The notes beneath the pieces were generated by a model. The model did not search any database and was not told the DNA's origin. It worked only from the letters and a program-made list of their open reading frames with translations. Below are positions 38,565 through 51,814 of a DNA stretch of 64,000 bases, piece by piece. Positions within the stretch are counted from its first letter, which is position 1; the number at the start of each line of letters is the position of its first letter. The stretch comes from Bugula neritina (lineage: Eukaryota > Animalia > Bryozoa): the NCBI GenBank assembly GCA_964035545.1, contig OZ037767.1, forward strand, positions 19,856,628-19,920,627. Reading direction: 5' to 3'. Made by a program: the position numbers and the translations under genes.

Positions 38565-41500
38565 GACGTATGCATTCATTGGTAATGAGACTTTGTTATA
38601 TTAGTCTAAATAGAAGTTGTTTTCTCCGCTAATTTCAATGCGTCATATGTATGACGAGTTTGGTTCAAAATATCAAAGCTATGCAAGCATACGTTAGAGA
38701 GCATATTAATAGAATTCTAATAATTATATTAGCATAAGACAGGGTGGCATACCTTGACGCCCCAAGGATCTGTCGCCTCATCCAAAGTGCTCTGTAGATT
38801 GTGGGCTATTTCATCTCTTTCACTCAGGATCTCTGCTAAGGTTCGAAGGCCAAGGTGATTACGTAGAGTAGTTTGTGCGAGGAGTTGTGTAGACTTGTGA
38901 GGGTTTTCCACGGCATTCACACTGAGAACGGGATCGCTGATTCGGTAGTAGCAGACAGCATCAACGGCTACAGTAACCGAGTCCTTGGTGAGAATCTGTG
39001 AGAGGAAATGAAGAATATAGTCTTGTAATATAATGTCACATACACAAACATGTGTATGTATATGACATTATATATTATATAGTATGTTATAGTACTATGT
39101 AGGCTCCATAGCATTAGTCAAGTGGGTATACAGTTATCAGTGCGCATCAAGTAGGTTCACAGTTATCAGTGCACATCAAGTAGGCTAATACATAATAGAA
39201 TTTAAAACCAATTGCTAAGCACATAGATGATATTCAAGTGTTTATTTATAGTAGTGATCTAACAACTATAAGTAAAAAATAAACAACTGGTGATTAAAGG
39301 CATTAACTATGAACTAGTAAGTGAATAACTGGTAACTAGTAACTAATAACTGGTAACCAGTAACTAATAACTGAATAACTATTAACTAATAACTGAATAA
39401 CTAGTAACTAATAACTGAATAACTAGTAACTAATAACTGAATAACTAGTAACTAATAACTGAATAACTAGTAACTAATAACTGAATAACTAGTAACCGCT
39501 ACAACTAGTTGCAGCTCCAAAAAACTGATGATTAGTGACCGAGATCAATAAACTATCACCTAAGTCTGAGTTCCATAAAATAATATCACTAAAACAGCTG
39601 TTTTTTTACTAAGTAAAGCATTCCAATCCAAACTCTAAACCAGTATTTAGAAAAACAAGCTTGATAAAAGTTAGCATGTGCATCCCTAAACCTGAGAGCA
39701 ACTCGCACTTCTATAAACCACAGTCTATACTTCTACACCCTTGAAAATCATTAGTTTTAGTTCTTCACAACAAGTAAATGTAGTACAAGGGAGGGTTCAT
39801 AGTGCACCCTTACCTCTTGCGGGGGCACATCATAGGTCATCACTCTCAAGTCCAACTTCAGAATGTTGTCAGTGCAGGGGAAAATGAAGAACAGACCTGT
39901 ATAACAGAACAAAGTCGAAATAAACATTCCCAACTGAAATATTAAAAATAGGGCAGGCAACTCCTAACAATAACAAAATACCAGCTAATTTAGAAACTGT
40001 GCTAAATAGCTGCATAACATTATTATGATAAACCTTTATACAAACAATGTTCAGGATTTAATGACGTATTTTCTAGTCTAATGCAAGACATGAGAGATAA
40101 CTGGTTTTGAGCAAAGATACACTGAGTAGTATTTTGTTACAGGATATTACTGATAGCACTGCTCTGTGTACACCCCTGGGAAAGGGGAGAGGTGAATATG
40201 CTGTTTCAATGGACTCATGTGACAGAAATATTGTAGTTATAGTTTTATACAAAAGAAATCTTCAGTCATGCATAAAACATTATAGTATTTCAACAAACAG
40301 TCTTTGATGCGAGAAAATTCCTGGTCTCGGTAGCAACAAGGGTGGAGAGTAGGATGCCCCCTTACCTGGGCCTTTGGCTCCACCTCTAACTCTCCCCAGT
40401 CTGAATATAACAGCTCTCTCATACTCAGTCACAACCTGTAAGGTAATAATTCAGCACTGAATATAACTGAGTAGTGATCAAGAAGTCAAGCTTAGTGTGT
40501 AATACAAGAGTTTCAGCTAAACTGTTGTGCAGGGAATAGAGCAAACTGCAGCTAACATATAAAGTTACTGGTGTTCTAAGAAGTTGACCCTGCCTGCTCC
40601 CCCCCCCCTCTACCCCATGCCTGCAGCGACCCATTCCCCATGTTTTAAGAAAGAAATATAAAAATATATCAGTCACCACACTAGCAGTGTGTTGCTAAGT
40701 CTGGCAGCAAGTCTCCTTCACTTGAAAGGCAGTAGAGAGTTGAATTCTCAGGAATTTAAATTATGTTAAGCAGACATCAATTTTTGACTGCATGACTTCT
40801 TATATCTCAAATTAATTCAAAGTTTTTAAAGGTCTGAGGGAAAATGTAAGATCTCAGTAGTGAGTGGAAAGAAGTTTTCTTCCCAAGCAAAGACTACTCT
40901 CAAAATCCAAGAGCAGCTCCAAGGCGCTAAGGAATACCTCACCAAGAAATCTCCCTTAGACTATTGGCAATATTGCTTAGGGCTTCCAATACAGGACTTA
41001 CATTCAGCTCCTGGTGTTATCTATTATATAGATATGTCCACTAATAAACTGTCAATTATCTTATTTTAATCTTAGAGATGAGCGTTGAGAGCTTTAAGCT
41101 GTTAGAAAAGGTAACTTGAAAAGTTGTTATGCAGTAACCTGTAGAACCTGTCAGGTATAAATACTAACCACCTGTAGAACCTGTCAGGTATAAATACTAA
41201 TAACCTATAGAACCTGTCAGTATACTCACCCTCATGCAGACGCACAGAGAGAAGGGGAATGTGATGATGATGAGAAAAACTGAGAGACCCAACAGGATAC
41301 ATTCGCATACTCCCAGACTCTCATCTAAAAATAGATAACGTGATGCAATAATAGAATGTTCAATGCAGGGTACAATTTAATAATATAATGTACAATATAA
41401 AAGTCACCTAGAAATAGATGCTGTGAGAATTATTTTAGTAGAGTACAGAATGCAATTTTGCTAAAAGATAAAAACTAAAATAAAAATGCAATAGAAAATT

Positions 41501-42576
41501 CACTGAGCATTGATTAATTGGGTCTCAGCTTTAAGAGGGGGGCTAGTTATTGGAACTGAGGCTATGCTAGTACTCTTAGTCCTTATTGACACAATTATAT
41601 TTAGAGTTAGGTTTGCCTGCCAGTCAACATATTTTATGATCTGTAAACATAGTTTTATGTCTGCAAGGTAGTGGAGGTTCCAGAACTATGAAGACTGCAG
41701 GGAGGGAGTTACCCTCTCTAACGGTACTATATTGTTCATAGAAGTGAATTGACTAACAAACCCAGGAACAAGGTTTGAGAGCATCTGGGTGCATTATAGT
41801 CTGCAGCAATAAAGGCTTCCAGGGCTGAGGTTTTAACCTAACTGTAACTACTGTAACTGTGACTATAATATACAGTGACTACTGTAACTGTGACTACTGC
41901 AACTGTGACTACTGTAACTGCTGTAACTGTGAGATTAATTCACTTCGAAATGACTAATACACTTTTTATCAAATTTCCCAATATTTACCAATACTCAATC
42001 TTATTCGTGAGTATAAATAATTACAATCCTGTCAGCATTGTTACTATTTATTTTCGTGATTAAATTTGAAACTCAAAATTTTATACTACATCTAGCGATC
42101 ACCTAAGGCTAATCAACAGCTAACAGGAAAGGTCGGCCAGCCAGCATGATCATGTTGAGAATTAAGACAAAATACACTAGTCCTTGTAATTTTAAGGCTT
42201 CAGTCTCAGATTAAGTTCAAGGTGGTGATTAGCCTTAGCCACTAATATATTTATAATTATTGATTTGGTTTGGTCACCATCAGTCTGTAGAAATTCAAAT
42301 TGGCATCGTCATAATCAAAATGAAAATGATTTTAAATTTAAGTGAGTTAAAGAGAAGTTTTAGTTTAACCCAAGACTAAGACTTCACTAGTCGCTTAAAG
42401 TTAAACTAAAACTTACCTTCACTTCTCTGGTAAGGCGCGGAGTTAGCAGCACCAGGTCTCTGCGGATGACCTTTACTAGTAGACGGTGCGTAGCTTGCCA
42501 TTTTCTTATACTGACCAAGTGGCGGGTTTTCTACGCTTGTGCTTGAAGTCGATGCCTGCGCCAATTCAAAGCTCAT
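36373..42576 (-). CDS. Stomatin / mec-2-like band-7 (SPFH) protein, paralogue 1
   Basis: Exons 42417-42576, ~41230-41324 (hairpin ITFP), 40366-40435 ([12 protein letters not shown]), 39814-39896 (GLFFIFPC...DVPPQE), 38753-38995 ([14 protein letters not shown]...WGVK), 37999-38094 ([19 protein letters not shown]), 36373-36561 ([10 protein letters not shown]...STIIFPLP). Confidence 0.95.
36565..37775. repeat. ~19-20-bp minisatellite (ATAGGTCACATAGTAT-like) split by a MITE
   Basis: Arrays at 36565-36867 and 37657-37775. Confidence 0.9.
36868..37656. mobile_element. CMC/CACTA-like MITE in a stomatin intron
   Basis: ~48-bp TIR CAC(G/C)GGCTTTCCATGTACCGATCTCAGATCGATCTCAG; 3-bp TSD ATA (36865-36867, 37657-37659); subterminal GATCGATC repeats. 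Confidence 0.85.
39310..39497. repeat. 22-bp minisatellite (AATAACTGAATAACTAGTAACT)n
   Basis: Visible tandem units. Confidence 0.9.
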
Positions 42577-42749
42577 CACCTTCCAGCGTGAAGTTATAAG
42601 CTAGTTAGTTCAAATACTAATGACGCTATTTATCGCGCGTTGTTGATTTTAAAGTTGCCTACTTTAGTTCAGGTTTTTTACAATTCTTTTTGCGTTGGGT
42701 CCACACGCCCCTCTACCCACTGACCTATTGTCTTTGTAGTGAGACTAAG

Positions 42750-42840
42750 AATAGCACGTGATTACGTATAGAAAGTAAACAACTGGGTGATCACGTGAAC
42801 AGAATAGCACGTCAGTCACGCGTTAATAATCACGTGGAAA
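42750..42840. promoter_or_regulatory. E-box cluster upstream of stomatin-1 exon 1A
   Basis: CACGTG at 42755, 42792 and 42831, plus CACGTC at 42808 and CACGCG at 42817, about 180-260 bp upstream of the ATG. Confidence 0.45.
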
Positions 42841-44428
42841 GTAACAGTGTCGTAGACTTGTAGTACACAGGTACAGCAAGTAGTGCATTAATAATATTAT
42901 ATAATAACACCTACCAACTTCCAAGATAAACCTATGGTTAACAGCAAAGGTTCAGAGTGACTAAAGTATTTCAAGCCTAGTATTATGAACATGCACAGTC
43001 TAGACCAATCAATAAAACTACTAGTTACTTCACTAATTTTTGTTTTCCAGGAACCAGTGTACCCTTTTCAACTGATTTTTACAAAAATCATGTAGAAAAT
43101 ATAGTATTGCTTTATTATTGTTGGTTGATAATACTAATTTTGCAAATGGGCTATTAGGGCTAAGCTTGTTACCAATACAAAGAAGTAACTGAGTAACTGA
43201 GTGCAATAAATTAGCCTGGTGTACCACTAATCACCAAGCATGATCATCAATTCACTTGTTCCTCGGTGTGGCAAAATTACATAATAAATTATGCTATAGG
43301 GAAAAGGGAGTTTTCCATCAAGCACTGTAATAGCTACAGAGCTGATACAGTCAACAGCGGAGTTAGGGACACATGCACTAAAGAATATTCCCAACTAGTA
43401 GCTAACCGAATAAGATCACCAAGGTCATTTAAACTTCATCTCAAGTTTTCATGAGGCCCTACAAACACTCCACGTCATCTTAAATTATAGCAATAAACTC
43501 ACTTAGCTAGTTAAGAGTATAGTCTATACTTCTGCATTAAAAAACAGGCCCAACTTAATTTGCATGCCCTGTTGAAATTAACATGGACATAAGTTTATAT
43601 CCACGTGGGTCCTAGAGTACCAATTCTATACTATATTATATGCTAGCCTGAACCTTTAAATAGTCTATCAATACTGGATCATTCATAGCTGTATAATATA
43701 TCACTATATACAGCACACTATGTGTTATATAACTTATATTAAATACATGGTGGTACACTATTTATATCTCATAACATCTGTTATATACACTATTTGTTAC
43801 TTCAATTATAAAACTTGTTCAAAGTAGGCATCATGTCGCTTTTATACTGTCTTGGCAAAGGCCCCTTATATAATATTATATGGTATTAATATGACAGCCA
43901 ATATATGATATAATACTATGCTGTTATGCAATATAGATGACATTGTAATTTGTTATGCAACTAATATCACTTGATACAGCTATAGTATACAAAGCATTGT
44001 TGCACACAAATGAGCTATTGTTATGCTCTAAAAATTTAGGTTTGGTTGGCATGACCACATGTATACACATCTTGCCTTAGCTCAGATTTGTTATCACCCC
44101 CCCCCCCCCCCCCCGCCCCCTCTCCTTCTCATCTCTGTTAGAACCTGTCAAGTCAAGGACAGTTAAGGGCTACAAATCGTGTCACTTCAAACCATGCTGG
44201 CAGCTAAGAAAAGGGCTTTGAAGTAACCAGGAGATTTTTTGAGAATTAATTAAATATCTTCCCTAACACAACTTACTAATCTTGCAGAGTTCAATCACTG
44301 GTTTAGTACAGATTGTGTCACGTTAGACAGCGCCCCTCTCTAGCTAACTAATTCACAGTCTAAGAACTGATTGTGAGAAATAAGTATATACTTCAGTGCT
44401 TGAGGAGACTTCTAAATTATATACTAAC

Positions 44429-44543
44429 CTTCAGATTCCCCATTCTCTGAGAAGGGGCGATAGCCCTGCTGTCCTCTAGATGTTCTCATTTTCACCGAGG
44501 TTACTCCACTAGTGCTTTGCGGTTCCACTTGGTTATGAGCCAT
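44429..44543 (-). CDS. Probable alternative first coding exon (1B) of stomatin-1
   Basis: ATG...MAHNQVEPQSTSGVTSVKMRTSRGQQGYRPFSENGESE G|gttagt; 115 nt, phase 1, the same phase and S-E-G ending as exon 1A. Confidence 0.6.
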
Positions 44544-45182
44544 ACGTCTGAAAGCCACTGCCTTTGAGTTAAAACAATATTATACTAAGAGATTGTATTG
44601 AAAGTTCTACTTCCTTTGTGCAAAGACCAGCTCTTATTGACTGGTTGGTAATCACAACTCAAGTATTGCTCTTACTGATAACGTAATATTATGTAGTCAT
44701 GTATAGCAGTCAGTTGATGGTGTCACATGCCGCTGACTATAATATGAGAGTTCAGCTGATAACAAAGTCATCTGTTTACACTAAACCAACTCTTTATTTA
44801 TACAATACTGTTCAAATCTACTACATATGTGCCATTTTTACCTACTTTTCCATTTGTGCCATTATTACCTGTGCCATTTTTACTGTGCCATCATACCTTA
44901 AATCCTATTACATATGTGCCATGCTTATCTATATTTTACAATCAACATTTGTTTACACATTAACTCACTCAACAACTCGCAAGTGAGTAATTTGCTTACA
45001 CTCAGAGTATACATATTTACTCTATAAACTAACTTCCAGTGCTATAAAGTTTTAAATATTCACTAAGTACTTGGCTACTCAGCAACCCAACATGTATCAT
45101 ATTTACAGGATCAGACAATGCATATTATGTATATCACTAGTAAGAATTCGTAATGAGGCAGCATATTATTATGCTACTAGCG

Positions 45183-46259
45183 CAGTGGTTCCCAATCTGG
45201 GGAAATCACTCTAGGGGGAAATGGGGCTTTTGAGGGGGAATTTTATTGAACAGGTTTTGAGCTCTTTTCTTGTCTTCCAATAGTTGCAGTAGTCAGTATA
45301 AATGTTCATCTGTAACGGCTTTATCTTATCTCATTTATTCATCCTAACTACATTCTGCAATCTAAGCCTGCTTCTACATGAATGTGTCTGATAATCACTC
45401 TATCGAACTGCTACCTGTGCTATTGTGAATGAAAGTTAAAAAGTTTCAATTGAAAGCAAAAGCCAATATAGGAACTTTTAACAGCAATGCAAGCTAATTT
45501 ACATGAACTATATAGGTACTGCATACCTAAAGGATGTATTTGAGAGTGAGTGCAATCTTCACATCATTGCTTTTCATAGTAGCATCAATGCTTTCAAAGC
45601 TAAATTGAAGTTGTGGCAGACAGGCCTTCATATCAAAGATTTCCTCACACTCAATAAATTATCAGGAAAAGAACCTGTTCCAGATTCTCTTTCAAAAAAA
45701 TTCTGCAAGTCTCTTTGAACTCTTAACAGAGTTTTAACGGCATTTCCCTGATCTTCCTTCAGGAAAAACGTTACATGAGGATTTCATTGAGCTGGTTACC
45801 AGTGAAGGGTGATTTGATGAATTATCTGTTTCCACAAGCAAACTCGGCCTACACATCAAGCTGACATTGCACTAAAAGTTTTAGTGCCATTCAGCACCAC
45901 CTGTTTATGTTAGGTTGGATTTTCATCAATGCTAACGATTAAAAGTGAGAAAAGAAGCTTCTTTGACCTTCAAAATGACCTTAAGTGTGTCTGTCAAAAA
46001 CAGAGCCAGACTTGAGCATGCTGGCACAAAAGCATCAGTTGCAGCCATCGCATTAATAATTGTATTGCTCTGTGTTTTATAATGCATTATATAATCATTA
46101 CAATCTTATATTGTAATCAAATATAATAAAACAATTATACATTTGTATTGTAGCCTATATTATGTCTGTCATAAAAATTAGCTTTTAAAAAGAGAGAAAA
46201 TAATATTAGTAAACATTTAGGAAAGAGGGAAAAGGTATGAAACAGGTTGAGAACCATTG
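45183..46259 (+). mobile_element. Non-autonomous hAT (Charlie/Buster-type) element with transposase remnants
   Basis: TIR CAGTGGTTCCCAATCT / AGGTTGAGAACCATTG; TSD TACTAGCG/TACTAGGG with central TA; remnants AYLKDVF, INAFKAKLKLW, LVPFSTTCLC*VGFSSM and a QPSH* C-terminus. Confidence 0.88.
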
Positions 46260-47174
46260 TACTAGGGGGTCTACAGGAGCACCTCTGATATCATGCTGTA
46301 CCTCTACCATGATGATTCATTCAACGAATTCATTGCATACAATAAAATACTTTTGAATGATTTCAGTTAGCAGAAATTATTCAGTTTGACTTTTCTTACA
46401 CTGAATTGGGTAACTGCTTCAACTCACAAGTAGATTGACTTAAAATTTAAAAACACGCAAGTTTTAGTTAGCAAAATGCTTAGACAAACTATACCCTAAC
46501 TAGCCATGCATTTGATTAGCTCTATCGCACCAAGTCAATAAGTGTGTGTGTGTGTGTGTTATTTGTTATACAAAGTTATCTAGCAATAAAACTACGCAAG
46601 CTTTTCTAAACTGAGTCATAAACTTTTAATGCTCAGTTTACGACTACTTCCCCAGCTGAACAAGTACATATGATGTGTGTGCTATACAGATGGGCATTTT
46701 TATTCCTCCAGTTGTTACTATTTACAAATGCTACCTAGTATTTTAGTCATGTTTTACTGAAAAACAAATTGATTTTATGTCTGTTTTATGGTATGCTTGT
46801 TTATTTGCATTAATATTATTTCCTCTATTATGTAGTGCATTTATTCAATGTTCGAAATTTAAAATATAATGCTCAATATAACTAGACTAGTGTACAATGC
46901 CATGAAGGTGCCAACAATAGTATTCATGAATTATTACATTTCATTCTCCAAATAAAATTTTATATTGTAAAATTTTATAGCCATAACAATGTCGATGATG
47001 TCACAATAATCTTATGGCATCATTTTATGAATTTAGAAATTGGATATTTTATAGTACTGCTATTGGTGTTATAGTACAGTTGTAAAGTTAAACTAGTATA
47101 ACGTGTTGGAAATATATGCAGTTTCTTTACGACAAATTTTGAACATTGATGTCTAATTCTGTGATTCATTCACA

Positions 47175-50100
47175 ATGACCTCTTCACAAAAACAGGGAAA
47201 TGTAGCAGCAGAGGAAAAATATGTACATGTATCTAAATATGAAGATGAAGGTATGTGTTTTTAGAGACTGATCTTTTGGTACAAAGTTTTATTACTATGG
47301 TTATGTTTAATCCATAGAGTTTACGCATTGACTCGTTTAATCTTACATCAATTATTTCTAGAAGCTTTGAGCTATAACAGCAATGTATAACCAGGTTCAG
47401 TATAATATTTAGTACTCGAAAAAATTCAAAATCGCTAGTTATTATGGTCCTAAGAGTTGAATTATTATAATTATTTATTGCTTATTTATATAATGGTATA
47501 CATTGTAATTTATGGAATAATATGTGAATTAAAGAGTAGTTTATTAGGTTGAATAATTTATCATGCAGAACACAGTTTTCATATAGAATAAATATAATGA
47601 CTTACAGCTATCATATCAGAATTTTTATTGGTTAAGCAAGGTTTCACATCAACATAATCTGCAGGGCGACCCGATTATATATATTTATAGGATAATATAT
47701 ATTATTATAAAAAAGTATTATGTAATTATATATTCACATAACTATATATCATTACAAAAATATTTATGTTACTATATACGTACTTATAAATTTAGTATAC
47801 GAGAATATAATATTATCAAGAAAAAAACTATTGCACCATTTTGCAATTATGTATTTACAAGATTATATTCTTTTTTCTCGCCTATCTTCGCTTTGTCTGC
47901 TTTGGGTAGCGGGTATTTATTTACATGATTATATACTATTACAAAAATTTATATTACTATATGTAACTATATTATATTTATATGGGAATATGTTATCAAA
48001 AACAATTTATTGCACTATCATGTAATTATATAATTCTTTAATAACTTTAATATATTGACAGTGTATATAAATATGTGTGTATTATGTGGGATGGTAATTA
48101 TTTTGTTATATATTAATATAATGATATAATAACACAGTAATATATTGCATAAAAAAATGAATTGTATTATTACATTATTATAATATATAATGTAATATAT
48201 AATTGTATTAGTATATAATGGTAAACTAATACAGTGATTTTATTTCATATAAAATTGTAGTGCATTATAATATTATCATATTATTATATAACTTGGTATA
48301 TGATTACAGGTGCCAGGTCATCAGAAGCTGAGTGTGGGTGTATGGGATACGTGTTGGTAATGATTTCTTATCTAATAGTTATCTGCACCTTCCCAATGAG
48401 CCTGTGTGCCTGTATCAAGGTGGTGCAGGAGTACGAGAGGGCTGTTATGTTTAGACTAGGTCGTATTCTCAGTGGTGGAGCTAAGGGACCAGGTAAATGT
48501 GGCTTGGCAATTTGACATAATTTCAAAATTTGAACTAGCAAGCTGCATATCCCCATAGTTGTTTCTGTGCTGTTTCCATATTAACTTCAATTTCTCATAA
48601 TAAGACTTGCATTCAGTTTTTTCAAAAGGCAAGTAATTTGCTTTTGCTTCTCTTGTAGACAATAGGTCTACTGATTGATACAGCAAGAGCAAAGGCTAAG
48701 ATAGCTTTTTGTTTTTATATATAAAATAAACTGCTTATAACCAATTGCCAACATCTGAACCTATCAACAATCAATTGATGACCTTGCCAAGTCTAATATT
48801 GTGAATATTTTCAGGGCTATTCTTCATCCTGCCATGTGTAGACGACTACAAAATAGTTGATATGAGGACCATTTCCTTTGACGTTCCTCCACAAGAGGTG
48901 TGTATGCACAGCTACTGTAGGTTGTACTTTAGGTACCTACAACCATATGCTCTATGTACAGCTGTTCTATAAATCACTTACAGTACTGTAAGCACTGTAG
49001 CAACTGCACGTACTGTAGATACGGTAATAGTTGTAGCCTGTAGGTACTGTAAGTACTGTAAGTACTTAAGGTTGTATTATAGGTACCTACAACCATGATC
49101 TACGTGCAGCTGTAAGCACTGTGGCAACTGCACGTTTTGTAGATACTGTAGGTTCTGTAGGTACTATAGCAGGTACTGTAGGTAGGGTAGGTGGTACTGG
49201 AGCAACTGCACGTTTTGTAGATACTGTAGGTTCTGTAGGTACTATAGCAGGTACTGTAGGTAGGGTAGGTGGTACTGGAGCAACTGCAGACACTGTAGGT
49301 ATATGTAGGTACTGTAGGTGAAATATGTGATAATCGACAGACCCATCCCAGAAGCTGCTGTTGGTAAAATATAATGCAGAACCAGAAGAGAAAGACTGAG
49401 CATTGTAGAAGTTAATAAGTTGAATATTATCAACTACAATCTACATAGTAGAAAATATTTGCAGAACATATTATAATTGTGAATATAAGATACTATGACA
49501 TTGCCTATACAATGCATAATATATACAATGCACAATATTATATACAGCAATGGGCATAAGGTCCATGTGCAATATGATAACTTTTATAATATATTTACAA
49601 TGTAATGTCTAAAATGGAAATTATATATTTTTCGTGCATTTATGTAAAATATAAACTAAAAACATAACCTATAAAATCATTCTAATATATTATGTTATAT
49701 ACTATGCAATGAATACTATATCATAGTTATGCAAATGTGACCACTATGACTGCTTAGATAAATTTAAAACTGCATGAGATAATATTGCATGCAATTCCCT
49801 TGTATATGAGAATTAGTTTTACTTTTCGTCAGCGAAATTGAGGGTTAAACCTAGACACAGTATTAGTAGTGTTTGCCAGTTCAATGCAATTAACAGTCAC
49901 TTGCTTATTGCAACTTCATTTCTAATGGGCACTGCAGGTGATTACAAAATATGTAAGGCTTTTATTTGAAGAGTGGAATCATTTGGGCTATAACTTACAA
50001 AAACACGATGCAGGCAATGCTAACTCAGCAAAATATTAATAAACCCTGGAGTTCACACTTTGTAAGTACACTTATTCACTTAAAGATTTACTCAACGTTT

Positions 50101-50701
50101 GAGCCACACTACTCATTGTTGTTTCAGATACTGACGAAAGACTCGGTCACAGTTGCTGTGGATGCGGTTGTGTATTATCGAGTATTTAATGCAACTATTT
50201 CCGTCACAAATGTGGAAGATGCTAACAGATCTACCAGGCTGTTAGCACAGACAACTCTCAGAAATGTTTTAGGTAAGACAACTTTGTGTTTCAGTAAGAC
50301 CATACTGTAACACATCATAATAATATTATGATGATGTTTTTTATGCAAGCAAGGTTTTTCAGTTTAAAAAGGACTTCTCAAACAATTAATTGTCTGAAAT
50401 CTGAAAATAATTATATATTTTAATAAAGTTGTTTACTGAAAGTCATTAATAAATATTATACGCCCAAACTGAAGCAAACAAAATGCTAACAGAGTTTACA
50501 CTAACGTTCTGCTCAGGTACAAAGAATCTGTCACAAGTGCTGATAGAACGAGAGGAGATAAGTCAGAGTATGCAACTCAGTCTAGACGAAGCAACGGATC
50601 CATGGGGCATCAAAGTGGAGCGTGTCGAAATGTAAGCATGTATTACTACCCATCTGTATATTACGGTTATTATATAGTATATATATATATATTATTATAT
50701 A

Positions 50702-50783
<82 letters not shown>

Positions 50784-50814
50784 CATATACTATATAATAA
50801 TATATATATATATG

Positions 50815-50877
<63 letters not shown>

Positions 50878-51814
50878 CCTTCTGCTACTGGAACAGGACA
50901 AAGCAGAGATAGGTGAGAAAAAATTTATATACATATATGAGCCTACTACAACGCATACCTATAAGGATGTGTATTAATTTCTGTAGAAAAGACGTGAGAT
51001 TACCAGTTCAGCTGCAGAGAGCAATGGCCGCTGAAGCTGAAGCTTCTAGAGAGGCAAAGGCTAAGGTTAGCAGCTGCTAAGTTATACTAAACAAGCACTA
51101 ATGTTTTGCCGACAATGTGTTATCATATTTATATGCTATATTGTAGCCATTTATCTTTTATATTTCCTATTGTAATAATGCACAACTTGTATTTTATTTT
51201 CTATAATATTATGGTTGATTAAATTGATGTTAATAAGAACTCTTGGCTTGTAGCTACCAGCTAAATACCCCTACAGCTAATTTTAGTGCGCATGCAATAG
51301 GATAATTTCCTTACATCTCTAGGGTTATCTGCCCCTGAATGAATTACTAACCCATTCTCTAATCACAACATTGTACATTCAATACCAAATGTGAAGTGTT
51401 GACATTCAAATTATACATTTTAAAAGTAAACAGAAATGTTTTCTTTTGAGTATTGGTGAATCTTATAGGCTCTAAGCCACCTTGCTATTTTAGTGCTACA
51501 ATTATATGATGAATAAGCTGCTTCTAAACCTATATAGTTAGTTTAACCACAGATACATATATGCACTGTTGTGATTGGTCAATGGCATGTATTCCCTGTT
51601 GTGATTGGTCAATCACTGCTACATCCAGGTGATTGCTGCCGAAGGAGAGCAGGCGTCAGCCAGAGCGCTGAAAGAGGCAGCAGAAGTAATGAGTTCTTCT
51701 TCCTCCGCCCTCCAACTCAGGTACCTCCAGACTCTCAATACTATAGCTGCCGAGAAGAACTCCACCATCATATTCCCGCTGCCACTTGAATTTCTGTCTC
51801 ACATCAAAAAGTGA
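47175..51814 (+). CDS. Stomatin / mec-2-like band-7 (SPFH) protein, paralogue 2
   Basis: Exons 47175-47250, 48310-48492, 48815-48897, 50128-50272, 50517-50631, 50987-51065, 51629-51814. Motifs CGC...[44 protein letters not shown]. Confidence 0.95.
48960..49320. repeat. Intronic tandem repeat (78-bp unit built from ACTGTAGGT-like subunits)
   Basis: 49123-49200 is repeated at 49201-49278; degenerate units flank it. Confidence 0.85.
50680..50874. repeat. (TA)n microsatellite
   Basis: Visible directly. Confidence 0.97.

Noticed and set aside
49087-49321. Pro/Thr-rich and Gly/Thr-rich repeat ORFs
   Set aside because: Intronic 78-bp tandem repeat; flanking stomatin exons join in frame without it.
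50602-50916. Tyr/Ile-rich ORF
   Set aside because: (TA)n tract in a stomatin intron.
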